Assembly: GCA_020631975.1 (NCBI GenBank) | Contig: JACKGO010000001.1 | Location: 197,409-241,537 of the forward strand | Length of the DNA stretch: 44,129 bases | Origin: Candidatus Nomurabacteria bacterium | GTDB taxonomy: Bacteria; Patescibacteriota; Saccharimonadia; Saccharimonadales; CAIOMD01 | Direction: 5' to 3' | Part shown: in pieces, positions 1 through 10,339 of the stretch | How the letters are laid out: every line of letters starts with the position of its first letter | Position numbering within the stretch: the stretch's first letter is position 1 | The notes under the pieces: model-generated | What the model saw: only the letters and a program-made list of their open reading frames with translations | What the model was told of the DNA's origin: nothing | Databases searched by the model: none | Translations under genes and position numbers: made by a program

Positions 1-2241
1 TTGCGTGCGATAGATATGGCTGGCAACGTTGCGGCGACATCTATGCAGTTTAGCTTTAGGTTCGATAATACACCCCCTACTAACCCAACGTTTATAACTG
101 CCCCGTCTGGTTTTGTTAACACGAAACAAGTTACCATGACATGGCCAACAACTGGGCCCGGTGCTGCACAAGATGACAACTCGGGTTTGGTTGGCTTGCA
201 ATATAAAATAGGCATAAATGGCACATGGTATGGTGACTTTCACACTGGCACTCAAGAAATAAACGATATATTAGCCAATGACGGCTCATATATGACGCAA
301 GATCCAATAGATTTTAATAATTTAACAGAAGGCATTAACACAGTATATTTTAGAACATGGGATGCCGCTGGTAACGTTACGACCAACTACACTACAGCTA
401 CGTTAAAAATCAACACAAGTGGCGCGCCAAGCGAACCAAATAATCTAACAGCCACGCCTAGCTATAGCACGACGAATTCATTTGGTTTTAACTGGGATAC
501 ACCTACAACATTCATTGGCGATAGTAACAACCTAACGTATTGCTACACTGTTAATACCACACCATCGGCGGGTTCATGTGCCTATACAGCAGCAGGCTCT
601 ACAGTCTTAAGTTTAGGACCGTACGCTACCCAACCGGGCCAAAACACTTTATATGTAGTAGCAAAAGATGAATCAAATAATATTAATTATGCCAACTATG
701 CTTCGGTTACTTTCACGGCGAATACACCATCGCCTGGCATTCCCCGCAATACAGATATCGTGGATGTTTCTATTAAAGCAACAAGTAACTGGAGACTTGC
801 CCTGACGTGGGAAGAACCAACGAACGCGGGCGCTGGTATCGCTAATTACAAGGTGTACCGATCGAATGACAATGTTACATTTTCACAAGTTGGCAGTAGC
901 TCTAGCACAACATATATAGACGCAGGCTTATCCAAACAGCGTTATTACTATAGGGTAACTGCGTGTGATAGTACTAATAATTGCGGTGCTACAGGAACGG
1001 TTGTGTATGAAACTCCAACTGGTAAGTTTACGAGCCCAGCAGGCATCACGAGCCAACCGGTCATAAATAATGTGACGACTAAAAAAGCGACTGTGAAGTG
1101 GGCGACAGATAGAGCGAGTGATTCTAAGATAGCAATCGGAACGAAAAGTGGCGAATACAGTTCTAGCGAAGTTGGTAATTCTGCTCAAGTAACAGATCAT
1201 ACACTGCGACTTGATAATTTAGCACCTGGCACAACGTATTACTACGTAGCTAAGTGGACTGATGAGGATGGTAATACTGGCAAAACTACAGAAAAAAGCT
1301 TTACTACATTGCCTGCCCCATCAATCAAAGAAGTTACAGCGAGCAATGTCAGCCTATCTGGCGCAACGATTGATTTTACAACGAGGGGCGCCACAAAGGC
1401 GACGGTATATTATGGCACAAGTGAATCGTTTGGTGGCATTATTAACGTTAATACTTCTACCAGTGAGTCACGCTATCAAGTGCAATTGCAAGATCTAACA
1501 GATGGTGCAAAGTATTACTATATGGTGAGCACCTACGATTCAGAAGGCGCAGAATATAAAGGCAATATTGCATCCTTTGCTACCCCACCACGACCACGTA
1601 TTACTAACTTGCGGTTCCAGCCTGTTACCGGCGAGCCTACGAGTACTCAAAAAGTATCTTGGCAAACGAATGTCCCCAGTACTTCACAAGTAACGTATGG
1701 TGTCATTGGTGGTCCTGTCGCAGAACAACAAGACTCTAATATGACGCTTAATCATGAAGTTACTATTAAGAACTTGCGTGATAATAGTGACTATAGCCTT
1801 GTTGCCCAAAGCCGCGATGCCGATGGCAATCTGGCGGTATCTGACAAGCAGTTATTTAAGACAGCGCTAGACACACGGCCACCAAATATTTCTGATATTG
1901 TAGTAGAATCATCAATTCGTGGGAGCGGATCTGAAGCACGCGGACAAATAGTTGTTTCATGGCGAACAGACGAACCAGCTACCAGCCAAGTTGCCTACAG
2001 TGAAGGTTCCGGTGCGGTCACATTCAATAGCAAAACAGCAGAAGATACCAAATTAACAACAGAACATTTAGTAATAGTATCCGATTTGCCTACATCGAGA
2101 GTGTTTAGTTTGCAGCCTCTTTCTGCTGATGGCGCAAACAACCAAGGCACGGGTAGCACCGAAACCGCTATCATTGGCCGTGCATCAGACAATGTTCTTA
2201 CAATTGTATTTAATTCATTACGTTCAATATTTGGATTATAA
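1..2241 (+). CDS. Large secreted/cell-surface protein, C-terminal part (5' end lies outside the window); tandem FN3/Ig-like beta-sandwich repeats
   Basis: Frame is open from base 1 to the stop at 2239-2241. Repeated ~90-aa Thr/Ser/Asn-rich modules each end in a similar strand (YYYRVTACDSTNNCG, TTYYYVAKWTDEDGNTG, AKYYYMVSTYDSEGAEY, SDYSLVAQSRDADGN), typical of FN3/PKD-type surface repeats. Confidence 0.7.
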   Translation: MRAIDMAGNVAATSMQFSFRFDNTPPTNPTFITAPSGFVNTKQVTMTWPTTGPGAAQDDNSGLVGLQYKIGINGTWYGDFHTGTQEINDILANDGSYMTQDPIDFNNLTEGINTVYFRTWDAAGNVTTNYTTATLKINTSGAPSEPNNLTATPSYSTTNSFGFNWDTPTTFIGDSNNLTYCYTVNTTPSAGSCAYTAAGSTVLSLGPYATQPGQNTLYVVAKDESNNINYANYASVTFTANTPSPGIPRNTDIVDVSIKATSNWRLALTWEEPTNAGAGIANYKVYRSNDNVTFSQVGSSSSTTYIDAGLSKQRYYYRVTACDSTNNCGATGTVVYETPTGKFTSPAGITSQPVINNVTTKKATVKWATDRASDSKIAIGTKSGEYSSSEVGNSAQVTDHTLRLDNLAPGTTYYYVAKWTDEDGNTGKTTEKSFTTLPAPSIKEVTASNVSLSGATIDFTTRGATKATVYYGTSESFGGIINVNTSTSESRYQVQLQDLTDGAKYYYMVSTYDSEGAEYKGNIASFATPPRPRITNLRFQPVTGEPTSTQKVSWQTNVPSTSQVTYGVIGGPVAEQQDSNMTLNHEVTIKNLRDNSDYSLVAQSRDADGNLAVSDKQLFKTALDTRPPNISDIVVESSIRGSGSEARGQIVVSWRTDEPATSQVAYSEGSGAVTFNSKTAEDTKLTTEHLVIVSDLPTSRVFSLQPLSADGANNQGTGSTETAIIGRASDNVLTIVFNSLRSIFGL

Positions 2242-2247
2242 ATATTT

Positions 2248-3012
2248 ATGCAAACACCATTGTTTACCACCAAAGACGTAGAACTCACCTTTACAAGTGG
2301 TGATCAGGTTGTGCATGCCGTTAAAAAAGCGAACATTATCATTCCAGAAAAAGAATTTACCATTATATACGGAGCATCTGGCAGCGGCAAATCTAGCTTG
2401 CTTAACATTATTAGTGGGCTGCAAAAACCTACGAAAGGCCTCATTAGGTTTAGCAATGAAGATATTTATGCAAATACGAATAATGAGCTTGCAAATTTTA
2501 GAGCGCGTCAACTTGGCATTGTATACCAAACGAACTACTGGGTAAAAAGCCTCAATGTTTTAGAAAACGTATCTATGCCACTCTATTTTCTTGGATACAC
2601 TAAAGATGGTGCTCATAAAATAGCCAAAGAAGCACTTGCAAAAGTGAATATGCACGAATACGCAAGAAAGTACCCTACGATGCTTTCTGGTGGTGAACAG
2701 CAGCGGATAGCTATGGTGCGTGCTATCGTCAGTGATCCACCTGTCATTATTGCCGATGAGCCAACCGGAAACCTGGACAGTAAAAATGGTGATATGATTA
2801 TGAATTTATTAAAAGATTTGCGCGATAATCAGGGCAAAACAATCGTACTCGTAACGCATAACCTAGAATATCTTTCACTGGCTACGCATTTGTTAGAAAT
2901 CCAAGATGGCGAAGTCAGTGAAATTACTCATGATGCAATCCCGCGTAAAGTAAAGCTTATCTTAAAAGACGTCCAAAACAGAATCGCTTCATTAGCCGGA
3001 GAAACGTCGTGA
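2248..3012 (+). CDS. ABC transporter ATP-binding protein (MacB/LolD/FtsE-like)
   Basis: Walker [14 protein letters not shown]-loop, ABC signature [14 protein letters not shown] and Walker [13 protein letters not shown]. Its stop overlaps the start of the permease gene (GTGA at 3009-3012). Confidence 0.92.
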   Translation: MQTPLFTTKDVELTFTSGDQVVHAVKKANIIIPEKEFTIIYGASGSGKSSLLNIISGLQKPTKGLIRFSNEDIYANTNNELANFRARQLGIVYQTNYWVKSLNVLENVSMPLYFLGYTKDGAHKIAKEALAKVNMHEYARKYPTMLSGGEQQRIAMVRAIVSDPPVIIADEPTGNLDSKNGDMIMNLLKDLRDNQGKTIVLVTHNLEYLSLATHLLEIQDGEVSEITHDAIPRKVKLILKDVQNRIASLAGETS

Positions 3013-4244
3013 AAAAATCTGAGCGTAAGTCTTTAGCTAACAAGTCTACTGTTCATCCGTCCATTTTATTATCTATAGCCATGAGCAATTTACTTAGTAA
3101 AAAGTTACGTACAGGTCTTACGGTTTTTGGCATCGCAATTGGCATAGGTGCAATATTCTTCTTATTATCTTTCGGTATCGGTTTGCAGCGCCTGGTGACC
3201 AATCAGGTTATCGGCAATCAGTCTATTAAAACCATAGATGTTAGTAGTCCTAATGCAGGGCTTGTTAAGATAGATGACGTAAACACAAACCGCATTAAAG
3301 AGATTCCAAACGTAGACACCGTTGGACAAGCCTACTATTTCCCGGGTAGTTTTAAAATAAGCGGTAGTGAGTCTGATGGCATCGTGTATGGCGTAGACCA
3401 ACCGTACCAGAGTTTAACATATTTAAATCTCATAGAGGGTTCACTCCTAGGTGATGAGACTGAAAAGAGCGGTCTTATTATAAACAAAGCAGCACTAGAA
3501 GCAATTGGGTTAGCTGGAAAGCCAGCAGACGTCATAGGAAAACCTATAGAGGTTACCATTCCCCTTTCAAATGCTACCGAAAAGGCAGGAACACTCAATA
3601 AAGAACTGCCTATTGTAGGGGTTATTGACTCTGGTAGTGGTGCAGAACTGTTTGTATCGAATACTATTTTTCGTGAAGCTGGTGTTAAAAACATAACGCA
3701 ACTTAAGGTGGGTGCTCGTAACGTAGAAGACGTTAAAACAATCCGAGCACAAATAGAGAGTCTAGGGCTCGAAACTTCATCACCTGTAGATACTTTGAAT
3801 GAAATAAACCAAGTCTTTAAGTTTTTAAACTTTATCTTAATAGGCTTTGGAAGCATTGGCATGGTTGTTGCCGTCCTTGGTATGTTTAATACACTAACCA
3901 TATCTTTGTTAGAGCGGACCAGAGAAATTGGGCTCATGGTGGCGCTTGGGGCACGATCAGTAGATATGCGTCGCTTGTTTGTGCTTGAAGCAATGCTCTT
4001 ATCGTTTATTGGTTCTGTGGTAGGAATACTAGGCGCATATTTAATTGGTAGAATTGTAAATACAATCATGAATGTATTTGCACTACGTCGTGGTGTTCGT
4101 GAAAGTTTTGATTTATTTGCTTCCCCCCCTTTGATGATTTTGGCTATGGTTATCTTTATGACTTTTGTAGGGCTAATTGTTGTGTACTTACCAGCCCGTA
4201 GAGCAGAAAAAATCAACCCTATAGATGCACTTCGCCGCGAATAA
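3009..4244 (+). CDS. ABC transporter permease, FtsX/MacB family
   Basis: N-terminal TM helix, ~230-aa extracytoplasmic domain, then three C-terminal TM helices with the FtsX-type ERTREIGLMVALGA motif. Translationally coupled to the ATPase. Confidence 0.85.
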   Translation: MKKSERKSLANKSTVHPSILLSIAMSNLLSKKLRTGLTVFGIAIGIGAIFFLLSFGIGLQRLVTNQVIGNQSIKTIDVSSPNAGLVKIDDVNTNRIKEIPNVDTVGQAYYFPGSFKISGSESDGIVYGVDQPYQSLTYLNLIEGSLLGDETEKSGLIINKAALEAIGLAGKPADVIGKPIEVTIPLSNATEKAGTLNKELPIVGVIDSGSGAELFVSNTIFREAGVKNITQLKVGARNVEDVKTIRAQIESLGLETSSPVDTLNEINQVFKFLNFILIGFGSIGMVVAVLGMFNTLTISLLERTREIGLMVALGARSVDMRRLFVLEAMLLSFIGSVVGILGAYLIGRIVNTIMNVFALRRGVRESFDLFASPPLMILAMVIFMTFVGLIVVYLPARRAEKINPIDALRRE

Positions 4245-4317
4245 CCAATATTTTTCTAAAGAATGTAACAAATAACACGATTAACGAGCCATAGCAGACA
4301 TGTTCATCTTATAAAAA

Positions 4318-4347
4318 TTGACATATTATATTTTGTATGGTCATAAT
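4318..4347 (+). promoter_or_regulatory. Sigma-70-like promoter for the 4375 gene
   Basis: TTGACA at 4318-4323 and CATAAT at 4342-4347, with an 18-nt spacer. A GGAG SD lies 8 nt before the ATG at 4375. Confidence 0.45.
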
Positions 4348-4374
4348 ATCTATTAAAGCTAATAGGAGTTAGAA

Positions 4375-5547
4375 ATGAAAAATACAAGTGGTAACCCTGA
4401 GTCGGTTTGTGCCGTAGAAACGGAATGTCCCATAAGTGATACTATTGCAAAAATGGCAATTAACGCAGCAGAAATTCACGATTCTAGTGATCGTTTAGCA
4501 ACGTTTAAAGAGCTAGGTAAGGCTGCAAAAGCTGCCGAAAAAATCTGCCGGGCGTGCCGTATGGTTAGTTATATGCGCGGCTATATTGCACCTGTCAATG
4601 AAAGCGCAGCTATTAATAATGAAACTATAGAATATCCGGATGTAGTTTTACATGAAGACCCAGCTACTTTGGCTAATGAGACCGGTGCTACAGCACCTGA
4701 TATTGAAGATGCACCATCCTGGGCTAATCCCAAACCTGAAGCAGGTCATCAATTCTTTTTACCTAACGATAGAAAAGAAGTGCAGCTAATTATGCAATAT
4801 TTTATTCAAAAAAAAGGTGAACATGTACGTCCAAGACAAATAGTAGAACACATAAGTAATGCATTAGGGCTAAGTGAATCAGCCGCTCGTCAACGTTGGA
4901 ATAAATACGTTCTTCCGTCACTAGTATCAGCAGGCTTGATTACATCAGAAGGTTATACTAGCTCAAAAAAATTTACGTGGGTAGGTGACGTGTCAAGTGG
5001 TGTTCAGCAAGCAGAACCAGATCCTACTGCGCTAAACCAAACTATTCCTACACCTGAAATTATCGCACAACGAGATCCAAACCTTAGCCAGCACGACTAT
5101 GCCGAAGAACCCGATCAAGAATCATTAGAGCAAGATCTTACAGAACTGACAGATTGGGGATTGGCAGTCAGCAAATTGCCGGATGATGAACAAAGCAGTA
5201 GGCAATGGGTTCCGTCATTCTATATAGACGGTCGTAGACTATTGCTAGAATGGGATGCATGCTATACGTTACTTGGCTTAGCAAATCAACCAGATGGTAT
5301 TGACGCTGTTAGCCTGTTTGAAGATTTACAGCACCTTGATCATAGACTAACACTAAAAAAAGTAAGAAGTAGTATAGGGCGATGCGAAGCCGTGTTTGCG
5401 CTTTCGGGTAACACAAAAGCAATTGTTAAAACAATTAACCCAGACACGAATGCTACACATTATGCACTCGCTGGTAGGTCATATACAGAAAATGCAGACC
5501 AAGAGGCTATACAAGATTTTTTAGCCCACGGGCGCCCCGTACAGTAA
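4375..5547 (+). CDS. Hypothetical protein (390 aa), acidic, with a possible winged-helix segment; partner of the WhiB-like gene
   Basis: Long ORF with promoter and SD (taggagttagaaATG). N-terminal Cys pairs (CAVETEC, CRAC). Central segment VRPRQIVEHISNALGLSESAARQRWNKYV resembles a helix-turn-helix. No family recognised. Confidence 0.6.
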   Translation: MKNTSGNPESVCAVETECPISDTIAKMAINAAEIHDSSDRLATFKELGKAAKAAEKICRACRMVSYMRGYIAPVNESAAINNETIEYPDVVLHEDPATLANETGATAPDIEDAPSWANPKPEAGHQFFLPNDRKEVQLIMQYFIQKKGEHVRPRQIVEHISNALGLSESAARQRWNKYVLPSLVSAGLITSEGYTSSKKFTWVGDVSSGVQQAEPDPTALNQTIPTPEIIAQRDPNLSQHDYAEEPDQESLEQDLTELTDWGLAVSKLPDDEQSSRQWVPSFYIDGRRLLLEWDACYTLLGLANQPDGIDAVSLFEDLQHLDHRLTLKKVRSSIGRCEAVFALSGNTKAIVKTINPDTNATHYALAGRSYTENADQEAIQDFLAHGRPVQ

Positions 5548-5552
5548 ACGGT

Positions 5553-5990
5553 GTGCACAATAAAGAACGACTGGTACGTAATAAAGACGTTAGCAAGAAT
5601 CTTCGAGATACTACAGGTAGCTCATTTGACGAAGCTATCGAACCTAGCATTTCCAGAAAGCCACACACAGCCCCGCTATATCCTAGTGTGGCACCTAGAG
5701 ATATGGCAAAACTAGAAGCACTCGGTCTCGATAAACCAACAAATGGCTGGGAAAGCCATGCCGTATGCGCACAAACAGATCCAGAAGTATTCTTTCCTAA
5801 AAAAGGAGGTTCAACTAGAAAATCTAAAAATATTTGCCTAAGCTGTCCGGTACAAAAGGATTGCTTAGCAAACGCGCTTATACACAATTATGAACATGGT
5901 ATCTTAGGTGGCAAAAGTGCTGGTGAGCGTCGCGCACTTAATCGTAAGGCTAAGGATATAATAGCTAAAAAAACAGACGGTCCTATATAA
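5553..5990 (+). CDS. WhiB-like (Wbl) 4Fe-4S transcription factor; start uncertain (GTG 5553 or ATG 5703)
   Basis: C-X22-C-X2-C-X5-C (C72, C95, C98, C104), with DPEVFFP after the first Cys. Followed by GILGG (variant of the G[VI]WGG turn) and a basic ERRALNRKAK tail. Begins 5 nt after the stop of the upstream gene. Confidence 0.75.
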   Translation: MHNKERLVRNKDVSKNLRDTTGSSFDEAIEPSISRKPHTAPLYPSVAPRDMAKLEALGLDKPTNGWESHAVCAQTDPEVFFPKKGGSTRKSKNICLSCPVQKDCLANALIHNYEHGILGGKSAGERRALNRKAKDIIAKKTDGPI

Positions 5991-6056
5991 ACTTACACAC
6001 ATGTATAAGCAGCGTACATTACTAAGAGAAGAGTTGTATTTTAGAATATATGACGT

Positions 6057-6080
6057 GTAGGCTTCGGCCTGCTTTATTGT
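6057..6080 (+). terminator. Intrinsic terminator after the WhiB-like gene
   Basis: GUAGGC-UUCG-GCCUGC hairpin (6 bp with a UUCG tetraloop) followed by UUUAUUGU. Confidence 0.5.
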
Positions 6081-6143
6081 CACCTATCCGGCACTATAAA
6101 CTTTGTATATTAATGTGTAGGACTCTGATATTATGTAATTGCT

Positions 6144-6842
6144 ATGTTAAATAATCTTATAAATGATACTTCAAAATCAAAATTAAACTGGCTACGGGCT
6201 GCAGTACTGGGTGCAAACGACGGTATTGTATCTATTGCCGGTTTGGTCGTGGGTGTTGCTGGGGCGACTTCTGATACAAATGTCATTGCAACTGCCGGAA
6301 TAGCTGGGTTAGTAGCTGGGGCGCTTTCTATGGCTGCTGGTGAGTATATTTCAGTCAGCACACAACGTGACGCAGAAAAAGCCTATATTGCTAATGAAAA
6401 GAAAGAATTAAAAGAGCACCCTACTGAACAATTGCAAGAATTAACAAATGTTTATAAAAGCAAAGGCCTATCAACAGTAACGGCAAAAAAAGTAGCCAAA
6501 GAACTTACTGCCAAAGATGCTTTGCAAGCTCATCTAGAAGTAGAATTTGGTCTTGATGAAGATGATCTGACGAATCCTTGGCATGCTGCGTATGCGTCTG
6601 CGATATCATTTACTTTTGGTGGGTTAATCCCAGTAATTGCCATTCTAGCGACTCCGCAATCGGTCCGAATTGGTATTACTTTTATTTCTGTACTTATTGC
6701 ATTAGCTTTAACAGGCTATTTAAGCGCGAAGATTGGTAATGCCCCAGTGCGGCGCGCTACAATTCGTGTCGTGATGGGTGGTTTAGCGGCTATGATTATT
6801 ACGTATGGTATAGGTGTGCTATTTGGAGTATCGGTGGCATAG
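6144..6842 (+). CDS. VIT1/CCC1-family iron/manganese transporter
   Basis: NWLRAAVLGANDGIVSIAGLVVGVAGA N-terminal motif, cytosolic helical EKKELKEHPTEQ segment and C-terminal TM helices. This is the characteristic VIT-family layout. Confidence 0.85.
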   Translation: MLNNLINDTSKSKLNWLRAAVLGANDGIVSIAGLVVGVAGATSDTNVIATAGIAGLVAGALSMAAGEYISVSTQRDAEKAYIANEKKELKEHPTEQLQELTNVYKSKGLSTVTAKKVAKELTAKDALQAHLEVEFGLDEDDLTNPWHAAYASAISFTFGGLIPVIAILATPQSVRIGITFISVLIALALTGYLSAKIGNAPVRRATIRVVMGGLAAMIITYGIGVLFGVSVA

Positions 6843-6843
6843 T

Positions 6844-7500
6844 ATGAAATCTATTCGGCCTATTTCTGCCAAAGAGCTCTTTAGTGTACAAATGGCATTG
6901 ATTATGGCAATTGTTCTACAAACGATATCTTGGGTGCTTAGCCCCAGTTTGCACTTTGGTCCGCAATACGTAGTGTTTGCAATAGAAATAGCACTCGTTA
7001 CCATAATAGGTATCACTGCAAAGCGGCGCCATTTAGAAAATAATATATTTCACCATACGCTCTCTATTATATTAATTGGCATCATAACGGCCGCGAATAT
7101 CAGTTCTTTAGTGCTCGTTTTAAATGAACTTATTCGTTCTGATCGCGTAATTGCTGGTTACGAACTACTTGCTTCTGCAATTGCCATATTTCTTACAAAT
7201 ATCATTGTATTTAGCTTATGGTACTGGGAAATAGATAGTCCTGGTCTTAGTGGTAAATCATGGACAAAAAACGATAAAGACTTTCAGTTTACGCAACAAG
7301 ACTTGCCGCACGAATTTCCCGGTTGGCAACCAGTATTTCTAGACTACCTTTATCTTTCTGTCACGAATGCGGTGAATTTTGCTTCTGCTGATACCAAACC
7401 CCTTACTCTGCAAGCGAAAGGACTTATGGGTGTACAGTCGCTTGTTTCTGTATTTACGTTGGCATTGCTTATTGCGCGATCTATCAATATACTAGGGTAA
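6844..7500 (+). CDS. Integral membrane protein (DUF1345-like)
   Basis: ATG at 6844 is chosen over the track start at 6814, which overlaps the VIT1 gene. About 5-6 TM helices with a WYWEID motif; the family assignment is tentative. Confidence 0.6.
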   Translation: MKSIRPISAKELFSVQMALIMAIVLQTISWVLSPSLHFGPQYVVFAIEIALVTIIGITAKRRHLENNIFHHTLSIILIGIITAANISSLVLVLNELIRSDRVIAGYELLASAIAIFLTNIIVFSLWYWEIDSPGLSGKSWTKNDKDFQFTQQDLPHEFPGWQPVFLDYLYLSVTNAVNFASADTKPLTLQAKGLMGVQSLVSVFTLALLIARSINILG

Positions 7501-7513
7501 CAAAGGAGCTTAT

Positions 7514-7693
7514 ATGCAATTTTTTGGAGCGTTTACATTACTCGTTTTACCACTATTCTTAGTACTATGTATTAGAATGATTCAGCAAAGTACATTCAAG
7601 GATACTTTTATTGGTAAACTACTGATTGTGTTCTTTTATATAAATATTTTCTTGGCAATTGCCGTTGCATTATATCTTATTAGCTTAGTGTAA
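7514..7693 (+). CDS. Small two-TM membrane protein (59 aa), below the ORF-track length cutoff
   Basis: AAGGAG at 7503-7508 lies 5 nt before the ATG at 7514. Translation MQFFGAFTLLVLPLFLVLCIRMIQQSTFKDTFIGKLLIVFFYINIFLAIAVALYLISLV gives two hydrophobic helices. Confidence 0.45.
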   Translation: MQFFGAFTLLVLPLFLVLCIRMIQQSTFKDTFIGKLLIVFFYINIFLAIAVALYLISLV

Positions 7694-7699
7694 ATAGTT

Positions 7700-7708
7700 T
7701 GGTATAAT
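7700..7708 (+). promoter_or_regulatory. Extended -10 promoter (TGgTATAAT) for yhhQ, leaving a 65-nt leader
   Basis: TG at 7700-7701 and TATAAT at 7703-7708. Confidence 0.45.
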
Positions 7709-7773
7709 TGAATATATACGTTTTTTAGGTGACATACAAAATCGTAAAAATTAATTAACTACTTATTTTTTGT

Positions 7774-8442
7774 ATGCCTACTAAAAAAACATTTATCTAT
7801 TACGAAGTATTAGTCGCGCTACTTATCACGACGCTCATCGTGAGTAACATAGCAAGTGTAAAGCTTGTACAGCTTGGAAACCTAGTTTTTGATGCTGGTA
7901 CAATATTATTCCCGCTTGCATATATCATTGGTGATATAATTACAGAAATTTATGGCTTTAGGCGTATGCGTCGGTTACTCTACATAGGCCTTGCGATGCT
8001 CGCGCTTACAACTGTAGTATTTGCTATTGTTCAGGTATTACCAAGTCCAGCAGACTGGCAAAACCAAGCTGCGTATACGGTGATATTAGGTGTTGTATGG
8101 CGAATCGTTTTTGCCAGTATGGTAGCGTTCTTTGTTGGCGAGCTACTGAATAGCTACATTTTGGCAAAACTAAAAATAAAAACAAAGGGCAAAAAATTAT
8201 GGAATCGTTTAGTAAGTTCGTCTGCCATTGGTAGCTTGATAGATACCATTATTTTTAGTGTACTGGCATTTGGGGGTACCATTAGTGGGCAAACAATGGT
8301 GCAACTTATAGCAACTGTTTATGCGATAAAAATAGTAACAGAAATTGCCCTGTCACCCCTTACTATGAAGATTATTACCTACCTAAAGAAAAAAGAACGT
8401 TTAGACACCTTTGAAGAACCCAAACTCGGGTTATATAACTAG
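7774..8442 (+). CDS. yhhQ: Queuosine-precursor (preQ0/preQ1/queuine) transporter, YhhQ/DUF165 family
   Basis: VSNIASVKLVQLG..FDAGTILFPLAYIIGDIITEIYGFRRMRR is the YhhQ signature. Six TM helices. Clustered with tgt and queA. Confidence 0.85.
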   Translation: MPTKKTFIYYEVLVALLITTLIVSNIASVKLVQLGNLVFDAGTILFPLAYIIGDIITEIYGFRRMRRLLYIGLAMLALTTVVFAIVQVLPSPADWQNQAAYTVILGVVWRIVFASMVAFFVGELLNSYILAKLKIKTKGKKLWNRLVSSSAIGSLIDTIIFSVLAFGGTISGQTMVQLIATVYAIKIVTEIALSPLTMKIITYLKKKERLDTFEEPKLGLYN

Positions 8443-8454
8443 TTACTACTAGAA

Positions 8455-9708
<1,254 letters not shown>

Positions 9709-9754
9709 CTATTGTAACAGATAAGCAGAAGTCTCATTCACTAATTGACAAATA

Positions 9755-9763
9755 TGGTATAAT
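9755..9763 (+). promoter_or_regulatory. Extended -10 promoter (TGgTATAAT) for the G+C-rich cassette gene
   Basis: TG at 9755-9756 and TATAAT at 9758-9763. A GGCAC/GTGCC hairpin (9779-9794) sits in the leader. Confidence 0.4.
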
Positions 9764-9815
9764 ATATCGTTAGAAGTGGCACAACCCGGTGCCCTTAGAT
9801 CTTTAGGGAGGTAAA

Positions 9816-10262
9816 ATGGTTTCTGTCAGTCCACTGACAAATGCCGTCAGCGACAACATCGACAAGACAATCCAAGACTTGGAGGCTGGAACTTCGCCTG
9901 CTCTCGCAATTCAAGGATTGCTAATGCGAGATGTGCAAGCAATGTTCCACGGAGGGCCAGAACAAGGCCTTCATTTCGTGGATGCGGCCAATGCATGGTT
10001 CGGCGACCCGAAAAGCTCGGTCGCAACGACGTACGAAGATATGCACGCCGCATACTTCGACGGCTGGATGCTCATTGCCGAAGCAGTTGGTCGCCGTTTC
10101 ATCGACGAGCACAAGGCAGAGGCGGTGACGTTTTCACAGACTGCACTTGCCGAAAACGTCGTCATGCAAGTAATCAACAAGGTGCTGGAGCTGGAAGATG
10201 CCGTAATTTACGGCGCTGAAGTAATCTCAGCATACTTCATTGCGGTCACCGAGCCTGCCTAG
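9816..10262 (+). CDS. Hypothetical protein (148 aa) with atypically G+C-rich composition; probable horizontally acquired gene
   Basis: Strong SD (tagGGAGGtaaaATG). Codons are dominated by G/C-ending forms (GAC, ATC, AAG, GGC, TTC, GCC), unlike neighbouring genes. Five overlapping spurious ORFs in other frames reflect stop-poor G+C-rich DNA. Followed by its own terminators. Confidence 0.65.
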   Translation: MVSVSPLTNAVSDNIDKTIQDLEAGTSPALAIQGLLMRDVQAMFHGGPEQGLHFVDAANAWFGDPKSSVATTYEDMHAAYFDGWMLIAEAVGRRFIDEHKAEAVTFSQTALAENVVMQVINKVLELEDAVIYGAEVISAYFIAVTEPA

Positions 10263-10268
10263 GGTCAA

Positions 10269-10339
10269 GGGTGGGGCGCGTTAGGACTTTACCGTCCTGA
10301 CCGCCCCACCCCAACCACCATTTGTCTGGTGGTTTTTTT
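10269..10339 (+). terminator. Tandem terminator structures after the cassette gene
   Basis: GGGTGGGGCG (10269-10278) pairs with CGCCCCACCC (10302-10311) and encloses AGGAC/GTCCT. Then CCACCA (10315-10320) pairs with TGGTGG (10327-10332), followed by T7 (10333-10339). Confidence 0.65.

Noticed and set aside
3335-4216. 293-aa ORF on the - strand
   Set aside because: It lies entirely antisense to the well-supported FtsX/MacB permease gene. Its Ser/Thr/Pro/Ile-rich composition is typical of a shadow frame, and it has no SD.
5507-5887. 126-aa - strand ORF
   Set aside because: It is antisense to the WhiB-like gene, whose Cys motif is diagnostic, and it has no independent signals.
9847-10219. Five overlapping 63-74-aa ORFs in several frames
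   Set aside because: They are a by-product of the stop-poor G+C-rich cassette. Only the 148-aa frame has an SD, a terminator and a protein-like composition.
10269-10311. Possible integron attC site after the G+C-rich cassette
   Set aside because: The hairpin is a simple perfect 10-bp GC stem. It lacks the R''/L''-L'/R' architecture and has no GTTRRRY core at the junction. No integrase is present in the window.
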